Shown here: positions 1-8,682 of the stretch, in pieces
Position numbering within the stretch: the first letter of the stretch is position 1
Layout: each line of letters starts with the position of its first letter
Source of the DNA: an uncultured Chitinophagaceae bacterium
GTDB taxonomy: Bacteria; Planctomycetota; Planctomycetia; Pirellulales; UBA1268
Assembly: GCA_964600785.1 (NCBI GenBank)
Contig: CAZRKH010000126.1
Span: forward strand, 19,231 to 83,230
DNA: 64,000 bases
Direction: 5' to 3'
Made by a program: the position numbers and the translations under genes
The notes under the pieces: generated by a model
What the model was told of the DNA's origin: nothing
Seen by the model: only the letters and a program-made list of their open reading frames with translations
Database searches by the model: none

Positions 1-136
1 GGAGCATCATCTCCCCTGAGGGCACGTCGAGATTGACACCCCTCAAGGCGCGGGTGACCGTTTCGCCCGCCAGGAATTCCTTCGTCACCTCACGGGTGCG
101 AACTGCAAGTCCGCCATCGCTGTGGGCATCTGTCAT
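1..136 (-). CDS. ABC transporter ATP-binding protein, N-terminal fragment (gene runs off the left edge)
   Basis: The reverse complement has ATG at 136-134, followed by MTDAHSDGGLAVRTREVTKEFLAGETVTRALRGVNLDVPSGEMML. This is the typical lead-in to the Walker A box of MacB/LolD/DevA-type ATPases. It lies 30 nt downstream of the FtsX-type permease on the same strand. Confidence 0.7.
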   Translation of the reverse strand, partial: MTDAHSDGGLAVRTREVTKEFLAGETVTRALRGVNLDVPSGEMML

Positions 137-166
137 GAGTCCCTCGCTTTTCGCAGGCTGAGTCTG

Positions 167-1303
167 CTAACCCCTGAACACGACCGCAGGATCGAGCACG
201 AGCACCCGCCGGATCGAAAGCAGGCTCGCCAGGAACACGATCAGAAGTACCGCCGCGGCTGTCAGTGCCGGCACCTGCCAGGGCATGAAGAAGGCCAGCC
301 GGCTGTGCCCGGTGATCGCCCAGCCGAACACCGCCGCCAGCCCCACGCCGATGCCGTAGCCCACGACCCCCACCTGCACCGCCTGGGAGAGAACCATCAA
401 GAGGATCGTGCCGTTGGACGTGCCCATCGCCTTGAGCGCGGCAAACTGCCGGAGGTTTTCGATCGTGAACAGATAGAAGGTCTGCCCCGCAATCGCCGTG
501 CCCACCAGGAATCCGAGGAAGACCGTGATTCCGAAGTTCACGGGGATGCCCGTGCGGCGAAGGTAGTAGGAGATCGTCTTCCGGATGAACTGCTCCTTGG
601 TATACGCCGCCAGATTGGTCCGGGCCGCGATCCTTCGGCAGACCTCCTCGGCCGGGAGTCCGGCGGCCGGATCGGCCAGGATGAAGGAGAGCACCTTTCG
701 CTCCCTCGGGGCGAAGGCCACCGCCTGGCTGTAGCGAGTGTAGATGATCGGGAAACTGGTGAAACTGCGGCTGGCCTTGGTCAGCCCCACGAGCACCGCC
801 CGGCGATCGTTCATCTCGAACACCTGGCCAAGCCGGTAGGGCTCCCCCGGCCAGATCTTGCGATAGCCCGCGTCATCCATCACGACCGCGTCGGGCTTTC
901 TGAGATCGGCGAGGCTGCCCATGAACATTCGCCGCGGAGCCCCGACAAGCGTGGCATCATCCAGTCCCAGCAGGATCATCTGGTGGTAGTCGCCCTCGGA
1001 CAGCCTCGCCCTGCCCTGCCCCTTGTAAAACCGCACGGCCCAGTTGACGCCCGGCACCCCCTTCACGCGGAACAGATCGGTGTCGGGCATCGGCTTGACG
1101 TCGTCGACGAACTCGACGTTGTCGTCCATGACCCAGATCGCGGGGCCCTCGACGTCGAGGACCTGCCCCACGGTCAGCCGCAGAATGCCGCAGAAGATCG
1201 AGGACTGTTGGGCGATCAGCACCGCCGCGAAGACGACACCAAACACGATCCCCAGGTATTTCACCCGGTTTCCCACAAGCATCTTCCAGGCCAGCCAGAG
1301 CAT
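167..1303 (-). CDS. FtsX/DevC-family ABC exporter permease
   Basis: Part of ORF 167..1354. From the ATG at 1303 it reads MLWLAWKMLVGNRVKYLGIVFGVVFAAVLIAQQ (TM1). A ~230-aa extracytoplasmic loop follows, then three C-terminal TM helices (GITVFLGFLVGTAIAGQ, LKAMGTSNGTILLMVLSQAV, ALTAAAVLLIVFLASLLSIRRV). This is the MacB/FtsX topology. Confidence 0.85.
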   Translation of the reverse strand: MLWLAWKMLVGNRVKYLGIVFGVVFAAVLIAQQSSIFCGILRLTVGQVLDVEGPAIWVMDDNVEFVDDVKPMPDTDLFRVKGVPGVNWAVRFYKGQGRARLSEGDYHQMILLGLDDATLVGAPRRMFMGSLADLRKPDAVVMDDAGYRKIWPGEPYRLGQVFEMNDRRAVLVGLTKASRSFTSFPIIYTRYSQAVAFAPRERKVLSFILADPAAGLPAEEVCRRIAARTNLAAYTKEQFIRKTISYYLRRTGIPVNFGITVFLGFLVGTAIAGQTFYLFTIENLRQFAALKAMGTSNGTILLMVLSQAVQVGVVGYGIGVGLAAVFGWAITGHSRLAFFMPWQVPALTAAAVLLIVFLASLLSIRRVLVLDPAVVFRG

Positions 1304-1427
1304 GCCGGCAAGTCTACCGGCCTTGATCGCACCCGGCCCCCTTGGGGCCGGCACCCGGCTCTCGCGGACCGCGTCGACACATGGGTCTGCTATCCTGCCG
1401 GGTCGTCCAGGGACCCAGGAGCCGATC

Positions 1428-3323
1428 GTGCAGGGATTGCCCGCCGCCAGAGAGGAGCCGAATCAGCAGCGGACCGATCCGCCGCTGCCGGACGAGGTGC
1501 CGGCGATCCTCGGGCGGTGGTGGGGCTTCGACCGGCTCCGGCCGCTGCAGGCCGAGGCGATCGTCGCGGCCATCGAGGGCCGCGACTCGCTCGTCGTGAT
1601 GCCCACCGGCGGCGGCAAAAGCCTCTGCTACCAACTGCCCCCCCTGGTCGGCGATTCGACCGACGTGGTTGTCTCGCCACTGGTGGCCCTCATGAAAGAC
1701 CAGGTCGACGCCCTCGAGGCAATCGGCTACCCCGCCGCGGCGATCCACTCGGGGCTCACCGACGCAGAACGGAGGTGTGTCCGCGATCGGCTGGCAGCGG
1801 GTGAACTTCGGCTGCTGTTCACCGCCCCGGAGCGGCTGGTCAACACCGGGCTGATCGACCTGCTCGCGCGGGTGGGCGTCAAGCGGTTCGCCGTCGACGA
1901 GGCCCACTGCATCAGCCAGTGGGGCCACGACTTTCGCCCCGAATATCGCCAGCTGGCGATGCTGCGAGACCGCTTTCCCTCCGCAAGCCTGCATGCCTTC
2001 ACCGCCACTGCCACGCCGCGGGTCCGCACCGATATCGCCAGCCAGCTCCGCCTGCGCGAGCCGGTCACACTCGTGGGCACCTTCGACCGGCCGAATCTCG
2101 TCTACCGCGTGGTGCCGCGGGCCGGGAAGGCCGAGCAGGTGCTCGAGGTGCTCGCCAGGCATGCCGGTGAGGCCTCGATCGTGTATTGCATGAGCCGCCG
2201 GGAAACCGAGTCGCTCGCGGCGCGGCTCGCTGCCGAGGGAATCCTGGCCCGGCCGTACCACGCCGGGATGACCCCCGAGGCACGCCGTGCCACCCAGGAG
2301 GCATTCGCCGCTGACAGCATCAACGTGGTGGTGGCCACGGTGGCCTTCGGCATGGGCATCGACCGCTCCGACGTGCGGCTCGTGCTGCACACCTCGCTAC
2401 CCAAGAGCCTCGAGGCCTACCAGCAGGAGACCGGCCGGGCCGGCCGCGACGGACTCGCCGCGGAGTGCCTCTTGCTCTATTCGGCCGCCGACGTCTTCAA
2501 CTGGGAGTCGCTCATGCGGCGGACCGTCGAGGAGTCCGATCTCGAGCCGGATGAGGTCGAGCAACTGCTGGCCGGTCAGATCGAGCACCTCCATGCGATG
2601 CGACGCTACGCCCGGGCCGCCTGCTGCCGCCACCGGGGCCTCTCGGAGTATTTCGGGCAGCCCTACGAGAAGCCCTCCTGCGGGGCCTGCGATATCTGCC
2701 TCGGGGAGACCGAAAACCTGCCCGACGCCACGGTCACCGCCCAGAAGATTCTCTCCTGCGTGGCGAGAGTCGAAGAGCGTTTCGGCGTGCGGCACCTCTG
2801 CGAGGTGCTGCGGGGGGCCCGCACCGAGAACGTCCTCAGGCACCGGCACGACCGACTCTCGACCTATGGGCTGCTGGCGAACCTCGACCAGCGAGCCTGT
2901 GAAAACCTCACCCACCAACTCCTCGACCAGGGGCTGCTTGTCCGCAGCGAGGGTGACCGGCCGGTGATCAGGCTCACCGACGCCGCCTGGGAGGTGATGC
3001 GGGGCGGGCGGGAGGTGATCCTGCTTGCGCCCAAGGCGGGCAAGGCCCGGCAGTCGAGTGTCGATGTCGATGACTGGCAGGGGGTCGATCGCGAACTCTT
3101 CGATCGGCTCAAGCGGTGGAGGCGTCGGATCTCGCAGTCCCGCGGCAAGCCGGCCTGGACGATCCTCGATGACAAGGCCCTGCGGTCGATCGCCCGCGAG
3201 AAGCCGGCCAGCCCCGCAGCCCTGCTCCGCTGTCGCGGCATCGGCGAAAAGCGGCTGGCCGAGTTTGGCGGGGAAATTCTCGATCTGGTGGGGGAATCGG
3301 CAGCCGCGAACCGTCGGTCTTGA
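1428..3323 (+). CDS. recQ: ATP-dependent DNA helicase RecQ
   Basis: Motifs seen: LRPLQAEAI, MPTGGGKSLCYQLP, DEAHCISQWGHDFRPEY, FTATAT, a Zn-binding Cys cluster (CCRHR...CGACDIC) and a C-terminal HRDC domain (ILDDKALRSIAREKPASPAALLRCRGIGEKRLAEFG). The 5' part of ORF 1044.. is antisense to the permease, so I moved the start to the in-frame GTG at 1428 (GGAG 8 nt upstream). Confidence 0.95.
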   Translation: MQGLPAAREEPNQQRTDPPLPDEVPAILGRWWGFDRLRPLQAEAIVAAIEGRDSLVVMPTGGGKSLCYQLPPLVGDSTDVVVSPLVALMKDQVDALEAIGYPAAAIHSGLTDAERRCVRDRLAAGELRLLFTAPERLVNTGLIDLLARVGVKRFAVDEAHCISQWGHDFRPEYRQLAMLRDRFPSASLHAFTATATPRVRTDIASQLRLREPVTLVGTFDRPNLVYRVVPRAGKAEQVLEVLARHAGEASIVYCMSRRETESLAARLAAEGILARPYHAGMTPEARRATQEAFAADSINVVVATVAFGMGIDRSDVRLVLHTSLPKSLEAYQQETGRAGRDGLAAECLLLYSAADVFNWESLMRRTVEESDLEPDEVEQLLAGQIEHLHAMRRYARAACCRHRGLSEYFGQPYEKPSCGACDICLGETENLPDATVTAQKILSCVARVEERFGVRHLCEVLRGARTENVLRHRHDRLSTYGLLANLDQRACENLTHQLLDQGLLVRSEGDRPVIRLTDAAWEVMRGGREVILLAPKAGKARQSSVDVDDWQGVDRELFDRLKRWRRRISQSRGKPAWTILDDKALRSIAREKPASPAALLRCRGIGEKRLAEFGGEILDLVGESAAANRRS

Positions 3324-3422
3324 GGGGGACTTTGAATTTCCTCAAGGTCCCGAACGGTTTCACCGACAAACGATTCTGTGGAGTCTGAGATTGACTCACC
3401 ATCTCGACAGCCCGTGAGACCG

Positions 3423-4100
3423 ATGGCGATCATCTCCCATCACCGACGATTCTGCTTCATCCACATCCCCAAGACGGCGGGCAAGAGCGTTGGAAACGTG
3501 ATCGGCCGCTATGCCGAGCCGGTCGATCGCCATCCGGCCAACCGACTGCTCTCGTGCGTCGGGATTCGGGTCAACCATATCGGTCCCTATCGTTTTCGTC
3601 GCTTCCGCACCCATGCCACCGCCGCCACGATCCGCCGCAACCTGCCCCGCGGCGTCTACGATTCGCTGTGGTCGTTCTGTTTCGTCCGCAATCCCTGGGA
3701 CATGCTCGTGTCGCAATACGAGTTCGTGCTGCAAAGCCGCGACAACAAGCGGCACCGGACGGTTCGGGGGAGCTCCTTCGCCCAGTTCGTCCGCTACTGG
3801 CTCGGCAGGCGGGGTCGGGGCCGGCAGAAGCCCTACGTGGTCGATGACTCGGGCCGCCGGATCGTCGACTTCATCGGCCGCTACGAGTCGCTCGAGGACG
3901 ATTTCCGCGAAGTGACCCTGCGTCTGGGAATCGCGGGCCGCCTGCCGCGGCTGGGAGCCTCCTCTCGCCGCGACTACCGCAGCTACTATAACGACCGCCT
4001 GGCGGCCTTTGTGGGAGATGTCCTGGCCGACGATCTGCAGATCTTCGGCTACCACTTTGATGGATTTGCCGACAGACCGCCATTGAGGCTGGCGGCCTGA
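3423..4100 (+). CDS. Sulfotransferase family 2 protein
   Basis: N-terminal FCFIHIPKTAGKSVGN (PAPS-binding 5'-PSB-like motif) and FCFVRNPWDMLVSQYEF are typical of the Sulfotransfer_2 family. The start at ATG 3423 is chosen over GTG 3378 and is uncertain. Confidence 0.7.
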   Translation: MAIISHHRRFCFIHIPKTAGKSVGNVIGRYAEPVDRHPANRLLSCVGIRVNHIGPYRFRRFRTHATAATIRRNLPRGVYDSLWSFCFVRNPWDMLVSQYEFVLQSRDNKRHRTVRGSSFAQFVRYWLGRRGRGRQKPYVVDDSGRRIVDFIGRYESLEDDFREVTLRLGIAGRLPRLGASSRRDYRSYYNDRLAAFVGDVLADDLQIFGYHFDGFADRPPLRLAA

Positions 4101-4124
4101 CGGGGTCGGCAGCGGCGGTAGACT

Positions 4125-5516
4125 GTGGCGATGCGGCCCCTGCTGGTTCTCGATGTCGTCGGCCTCACGCCCTCGCTCCTGCGGCACACTCCGCGGATCG
4201 CGGCGGTGGGCGCTGCCGGCTTCACCGCCACCCTCGGCGGCGTGCTGCCGGCGGTCACCTGCTCCGCTCAGGCCACGATGCTCACCGGGCGAATGCCCCG
4301 CGACCACGGCATCGTCGGCAACGGCTGGTATTTCCGTGAGCTCGCCGAGATCTGGTTCTGGCGGCAGAGCAACGCCCTGGTCGGCTGCGAGGAGGAGAAA
4401 CTCTGGGTGGCCGGCCGCCGTCGCTTCGGCGAGGGCTTCCGCGTGGCCCAGATGTTCTGGTGGTTCAACATGTATGCCGCGGTCGACATCGCCGCCACGC
4501 CCCGGCCCGTCTATGCCGCCGACGGTCGCAAACTGCCGAGCATTTACACGACACCCCCCTCGCTGAAGTCGGAGCTGCAGGGATCGTTTGGCCGCTTCCC
4601 GCTGTTCGACTTTTGGGGGCCGAAAGCGGGCATCCGCTCCTCGGAATGGATCGCCACGGCCACCCGCCAGGTGATGGAGCGATACCGGCCACCGCTCACG
4701 CTCTCATACCTGCCGCACCTCGACTACGACCTGCAGCGATTCGGCCCCGATTCCCCGCAGGCTGTGGCCGCCTGCGGGGAGATCGACCGCGTGGCCGGTG
4801 AGCTGATCGAGTGGGCGATGCGATCCGGCCATGAGGTGGTGGTGCTGAGCGAATACGGGATCACCCCGGTCCGTGGCGACCTGGCGATCAACCGCACGCT
4901 GCGGCGGGCCGGACTTCTGGCAGTGCAGGAGGTCGATCTCGGCTGGGAACTGCTCGACGCCGGAGCGAGCGAGGCGTTTGCCGTGGTCGATCACCAGTTG
5001 GCCCATGTCTACGTGAAAAACCGGGAGCGGATCGACGAGGTGTGGTCTCTCCTCGAGGCGACCGAGGGTGTGGGCGAGGTGTTCGACCGCGAGGCGCTTG
5101 CCGGATGCGGCCTCGACCATCCCCGCAGCGGTGAACTGGTGGCCGTGGCCGAGGCCGACCGCTGGTTCAGCTACTATTACTGGCTCGATGACGCGAAGAT
5201 GCCCGACTTCGCTGGCACCGTCGACATCCACCGCAAGCCCGGCTACGACCCCGCCGAGCTGTTCCTCGACCCACGGCTACGATTTCCCCGCCTGACGATC
5301 GCGACGAAACTCGCTCGGAAGGCACTCGGCTTCCGCACGCTGCTCGACGTGATCGGCACCGATACAAGCCTCGTTCGCGGGTCCCACGGCCGGCTGCCCG
5401 CCAGGCCTGAGGAGGGCCCGTTGCTGCTGGCGAGCGATCCGGCTTTCCGCCGCGACACGCTGGCGATGACCGAGGTCCGCGACCTGCTGCTCGACCTCGT
5501 CGCGGCTGGAGCGTGA
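4125..5516 (+). CDS. Type I phosphodiesterase / nucleotide pyrophosphatase (alkaline phosphatase superfamily) protein
   Basis: LVLDVVGL...LPAVTCSAQATMLTGRMPRDHGIVGNGWY matches the NPP-family nucleophile-Thr region (xPxxTxPxxxxxxTGxxPxxHGI). The gene is 463 aa. Its TGA overlaps the GTG of the next gene (GTGA at 5513-5516). Confidence 0.75.
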   Translation: MAMRPLLVLDVVGLTPSLLRHTPRIAAVGAAGFTATLGGVLPAVTCSAQATMLTGRMPRDHGIVGNGWYFRELAEIWFWRQSNALVGCEEEKLWVAGRRRFGEGFRVAQMFWWFNMYAAVDIAATPRPVYAADGRKLPSIYTTPPSLKSELQGSFGRFPLFDFWGPKAGIRSSEWIATATRQVMERYRPPLTLSYLPHLDYDLQRFGPDSPQAVAACGEIDRVAGELIEWAMRSGHEVVVLSEYGITPVRGDLAINRTLRRAGLLAVQEVDLGWELLDAGASEAFAVVDHQLAHVYVKNRERIDEVWSLLEATEGVGEVFDREALAGCGLDHPRSGELVAVAEADRWFSYYYWLDDAKMPDFAGTVDIHRKPGYDPAELFLDPRLRFPRLTIATKLARKALGFRTLLDVIGTDTSLVRGSHGRLPARPEEGPLLLASDPAFRRDTLAMTEVRDLLLDLVAAGA

Positions 5517-7162
5517 GCGGGCCCATGGCTGCCTCCCCTCGGCTCGAGCCGGTCGGTGACACCGCTCTTGCGATCGATCTCCCGGGGGCCGGCAACCTCG
5601 CCGAGGACACGGTGAGGGTCAAGACGGTGGCCGAGGGGCTCGCCGCGGCCGCCATTCCCGGGGTGACCGACGTCGTGCCCTCGCCGGGGCGGGTGACGGT
5701 GGTCTACGACATCGTTTTGGCCGACTCCTTCGAGGCCCTTGTTGCGGCGGTCGCCGAGCGGGCGACGGCAGTGCTGAGGCGGGTGCCGCCCTCGCAGAAG
5801 AAACCTGAGCCGCTCCACGAGATCCCGGTCGCCTACGGTGGCGAGCCAGGCCCCGACCTCGAGGGGCTCTGCCGGGAGCGTGGCCTCTCGAGGGCCGAAG
5901 CGATTCGTCTGCACTCGCTCGCGGAGTACCGGGTGACGGCAGTCGGTTTCACGCCTGGCTTTGCCTACCTCGGTGGGCTTTCGCCCCGGCTGGCCGTGCC
6001 GCGACGGGCCACACCGAGACTGCGGGTGCCCGCCGGCTCGGTTGGGATCGGGGGCGAACAGACCGGCGTTTATCCCTTTGCCAGCCCGGGCGGCTGGCAG
6101 CTGATCGGCCGCACCGGCAGGCGTCTGTTTGACCCGACCCGCAAGCGGCCCTGCCTGCTGGCGGTGGGTGATCGCGTGCGGTTCGTGGAGAGTGCAACGG
6201 TCGATGGGGTGGCTGACGCCGCAGGAGAGACCCTGATCCCGCAGGTCGCCGAGTGTCCCGGTGGCTGCCTGACTGTCGAGTCTGTCGGGCCGCTTGCGAC
6301 GGTGCAGGATCTTGGTCGGGCCGGCTATCGAAGTGCCGGCGTGCCTTCTGGCGGGGCGGCCGATGCGGCGGCGGCGATGATCGCGAACCTCGCTGTCGGC
6401 AACCCGGCCGAAGCCGCGGTGATCGAATGGACGCTCGCCGGGCCGGTGATCCGCTGCGACCGCGACGTGACGGTGGCTCTCTGCGGCAGCGATGAACTGC
6501 CTTGCGGACGGCCGCTGGCAGTGCCGGCCGGCCAGCGGCTGGTGGTGGGACGGGCCGCCGGCTGCCGTGGCTATCTGGCGATTGCCGGTGGGATCGATCT
6601 GCCGCGAGTGCTCGGTAGCCGAGGCACCTGTCTGCCCGCATCGTTCGGGGGCGTCGCCGGAAGACCGCTGGCTGCTGGCGACAGGCTTCCGCTCGGCCTC
6701 ACGACCGCACGGTTGGGTGCTGGGCGTTGGTGGGTCGATCCCGAACTCACGGCCTTGCCGGGCCGACTCTGCCGGCTGCGATATCTGCCTACTCGCGGCA
6801 TGCCCGCCGTTGCCGGTGAGTACCGGGTGAGCCCGCAGTCAGATCGCATGGGCCTGCGGCTGGAGGGGCCGCCGTGTGCGACAAGCAGGCAGGCTCGTTC
6901 GGTAGCGGTGCTGCCCGGGACACTCCAGCTGCCTCCTGACGGACGGCCGATCCTGCTGGGCTGCGACGCACTAACGATCGGCGGCTACCCGGTACTCGGC
7001 CAGGTGATCGAAGTCGACCTGAGACTCGCGGCCCAGCTACGACCGGGCGCGGCGGTTCGTTTTGAACCAACCAGCCTCGATGAGGCCCACCGGCTCCGCC
7101 ACCGGCAGGCCGCCGACATGGCAAAACTCGCGGAGGCACTTGCGGAGAAATGTGAAAATTAG
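5513..7162 (+). CDS. pxpBC: Fused 5-oxoprolinase subunits PxpB-PxpC (KipI/KipA, allophanate hydrolase subunit 1+2 families)
   Basis: The N-terminal half (EPVGDTALAIDL...YRVTAVGFTPGFAYLGGL...GSVGIGGEQTGVYPFASPGGWQLIGRT) is PxpB-like. The C-terminal half (LTVESVGPLATVQDLGRAGYRSAGVPSGGAADAAAAMIANLAVGN...DRMGLRLEG...PGTLQLPPDGRPILLGCDALTIGGYP) is PxpC-like. It is one 549-aa ORF. The alternative ATG start is at 5525. Confidence 0.85.
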   Translation: MSGPMAASPRLEPVGDTALAIDLPGAGNLAEDTVRVKTVAEGLAAAAIPGVTDVVPSPGRVTVVYDIVLADSFEALVAAVAERATAVLRRVPPSQKKPEPLHEIPVAYGGEPGPDLEGLCRERGLSRAEAIRLHSLAEYRVTAVGFTPGFAYLGGLSPRLAVPRRATPRLRVPAGSVGIGGEQTGVYPFASPGGWQLIGRTGRRLFDPTRKRPCLLAVGDRVRFVESATVDGVADAAGETLIPQVAECPGGCLTVESVGPLATVQDLGRAGYRSAGVPSGGAADAAAAMIANLAVGNPAEAAVIEWTLAGPVIRCDRDVTVALCGSDELPCGRPLAVPAGQRLVVGRAAGCRGYLAIAGGIDLPRVLGSRGTCLPASFGGVAGRPLAAGDRLPLGLTTARLGAGRWWVDPELTALPGRLCRLRYLPTRGMPAVAGEYRVSPQSDRMGLRLEGPPCATSRQARSVAVLPGTLQLPPDGRPILLGCDALTIGGYPVLGQVIEVDLRLAAQLRPGAAVRFEPTSLDEAHRLRHRQAADMAKLAEALAEKCEN

Positions 7163-7205
7163 GGACGGGAGCGATTTAAAAAATCGCTCCCGTCCCCATT
7201 TTTTT
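7162..7205 (+). terminator. Rho-independent terminator-like hairpin with T-tract (A-tract on the other side, possibly bidirectional)
   Basis: GGGACGGGAGCGATT (7162-7176), loop TAAAA, AATCGCTCCCGTCCC (7182-7196). This 15-bp perfect stem is followed by CA and TTTTTTT (7199-7205). It is an AT-rich island in otherwise GC-rich DNA and starts at the last base of the pxpBC TAG codon. Confidence 0.8.
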
Positions 7206-7219
7206 GGGGGGGTTCTGGT

Positions 7220-7987
7220 ATGGCGAACACCATCACGATCGATCTCAACTGCGACCTTGGCGAAGCGGCGGGGCATGACCTCGAGCTGCTCCCGCTGGTC
7301 TCTTCGGCAAACATCGCCTGCGGAGCCCACGCCGGTGATGCCCAAACGATGGCAGCCACCGCCACGGCCGCCAGGCGACACAGGGTGCAGATCGGGGCCC
7401 ACCCCGGCCACGCCGATCGCAGACACTTCGGCCGCCGCGAGATCTCACTGACTCCCGACCAGGCCGCATCCCTCGTCGTCGGCCAAGTCCATCTCCTCGA
7501 GAAGGTGATCGGCGGCGGAATCAGCCACGTCAAACTTCACGGCGGGCTCTACCACCAGGTTGCCCGTGAGGCATCGCTTGCCAGGGCCGTGGCCTCGGCG
7601 ATGCAGCGGCACTTCCCGGCGGTCCGGCTGGTGCTGCCGGCGGGCAGCCTCGCCGTGCGGATCTGCCGTGACAAGGACGTCACGGTCATTGAGGAGGCCT
7701 TCGCCGACCGGGCCTACGCCGACAACGGCACGCTGCTGCCAAGGTCACGACCCAACGCGGTGCTCGGCGACCACCGGGCAATCGCCCGCCAGGCGGTGCG
7801 GCTGGTCACCGAGAGGATCGTGACCTCCACAGGCGGCCGCGAACTGCCGCTGCACGCCGACACGCTCTGCATCCACGGCGACGGCCCCGACCCGGCCGGA
7901 TGCCTGCGGGCGGTCCGCGACGCATTGTCTGCCGCGGGCGTGGTGGTGCGACCACCGGCCGACCGCGACTCTCAAACTCCCAGGTAG
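7220..7987 (+). CDS. pxpA: 5-oxoprolinase subunit A (LamB/YcsF family)
   Basis: IDLNCDLGE...SSANIACGAHAGD...IGAHPGHADRRHFGRREI...VKLHGGLY...EAFADRAY are LamB/YcsF hallmarks. The gene is 255 aa. Confidence 0.9.
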   Translation: MANTITIDLNCDLGEAAGHDLELLPLVSSANIACGAHAGDAQTMAATATAARRHRVQIGAHPGHADRRHFGRREISLTPDQAASLVVGQVHLLEKVIGGGISHVKLHGGLYHQVAREASLARAVASAMQRHFPAVRLVLPAGSLAVRICRDKDVTVIEEAFADRAYADNGTLLPRSRPNAVLGDHRAIARQAVRLVTERIVTSTGGRELPLHADTLCIHGDGPDPAGCLRAVRDALSAAGVVVRPPADRDSQTPR

Positions 7988-8682
7988 GCTTCACGAACCC
8001 GGGGATTCTCGGCGAGGGTCGCGGCCTCCCCCTCGAGCACCACTCGGCCACGTTCGAGCACATAGCCGCGGGAGGCCAGCTGCAGCCCGGCATGAGCATT
8101 CTGCTCCACCAGGAGCACCGACACCCCGCGGGCCGGCAGGGCGGCAATCACGTCGAAGATCTGCATCGACAGCCTGGGGGCCAGCCCCAGCGACGGCTCG
8201 TCGAGCAGCAGCAGCCGCGGCCGCGCCACCACCGCCCGGGCCACCGCCAACATCTGCTGCTCACCTCCAGAGAGCGTGCCACCGAGCTGACGCATCCTCG
8301 CGGCGAGCACCGGGAAGAGCTCGCAGGCCTCCTGGATGTCCCGCTTGAGCTGCCAGCGGTCGGGCTGCGTGTAGCCGCCGAGTTCCAGGTTTTCACGGAC
8401 CGTGAGCCGCGGGAAGATCCGTCGCCCCTCGGGGCAGTGGGCGATCCCGCGGCGGACAATGCGATGGGGCGGCTCACCGTCGATCCTCCGTCCGCGAAAG
8501 CGAATGCTTCCGCCGGCAGGCCGGACAACGCCGGAGATCGCCAGCAGAAGCGTGCTCTTGCCGGCGGCGTTGGCCCCGAGGATCGTCACGATCTCGCCGG
8601 TGCCGACCGAGAGCGACACGCCGTCGATCACGCGGATCGGTCCGTAGCCGGCCGAAAGATCGCGGACCTCGAGGAGCGTCAT
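7972..8682 (-). CDS. livF: Branched-chain amino acid ABC transporter ATP-binding protein LivF
   Basis: LLEVRDLSAGYGPIRVIDGVSLSVGTGEIVTILGANAAGKSTLL (Walker A), LSGGEQQMLAVARA (signature) and LLLLDEPSLGLAP (Walker B). The gene is 236 aa and is the last gene of a liv-type operon. Confidence 0.9.
   Translation of the reverse strand: MTLLEVRDLSAGYGPIRVIDGVSLSVGTGEIVTILGANAAGKSTLLLAISGVVRPAGGSIRFRGRRIDGEPPHRIVRRGIAHCPEGRRIFPRLTVRENLELGGYTQPDRWQLKRDIQEACELFPVLAARMRQLGGTLSGGEQQMLAVARAVVARPRLLLLDEPSLGLAPRLSMQIFDVIAALPARGVSVLLVEQNAHAGLQLASRGYVLERGRVVLEGEAATLAENPRVREAYLGV

Noticed and set aside
122-1804. 560-aa plus-strand ORF, plus the 5' extension of the recQ ORF from 1044
   Set aside because: Both overlap the FtsX/DevC permease encoded on the minus strand. 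Their translations are Arg/His/Pro/Glu-rich and lack motifs. recQ similarity begins only after ~1430.
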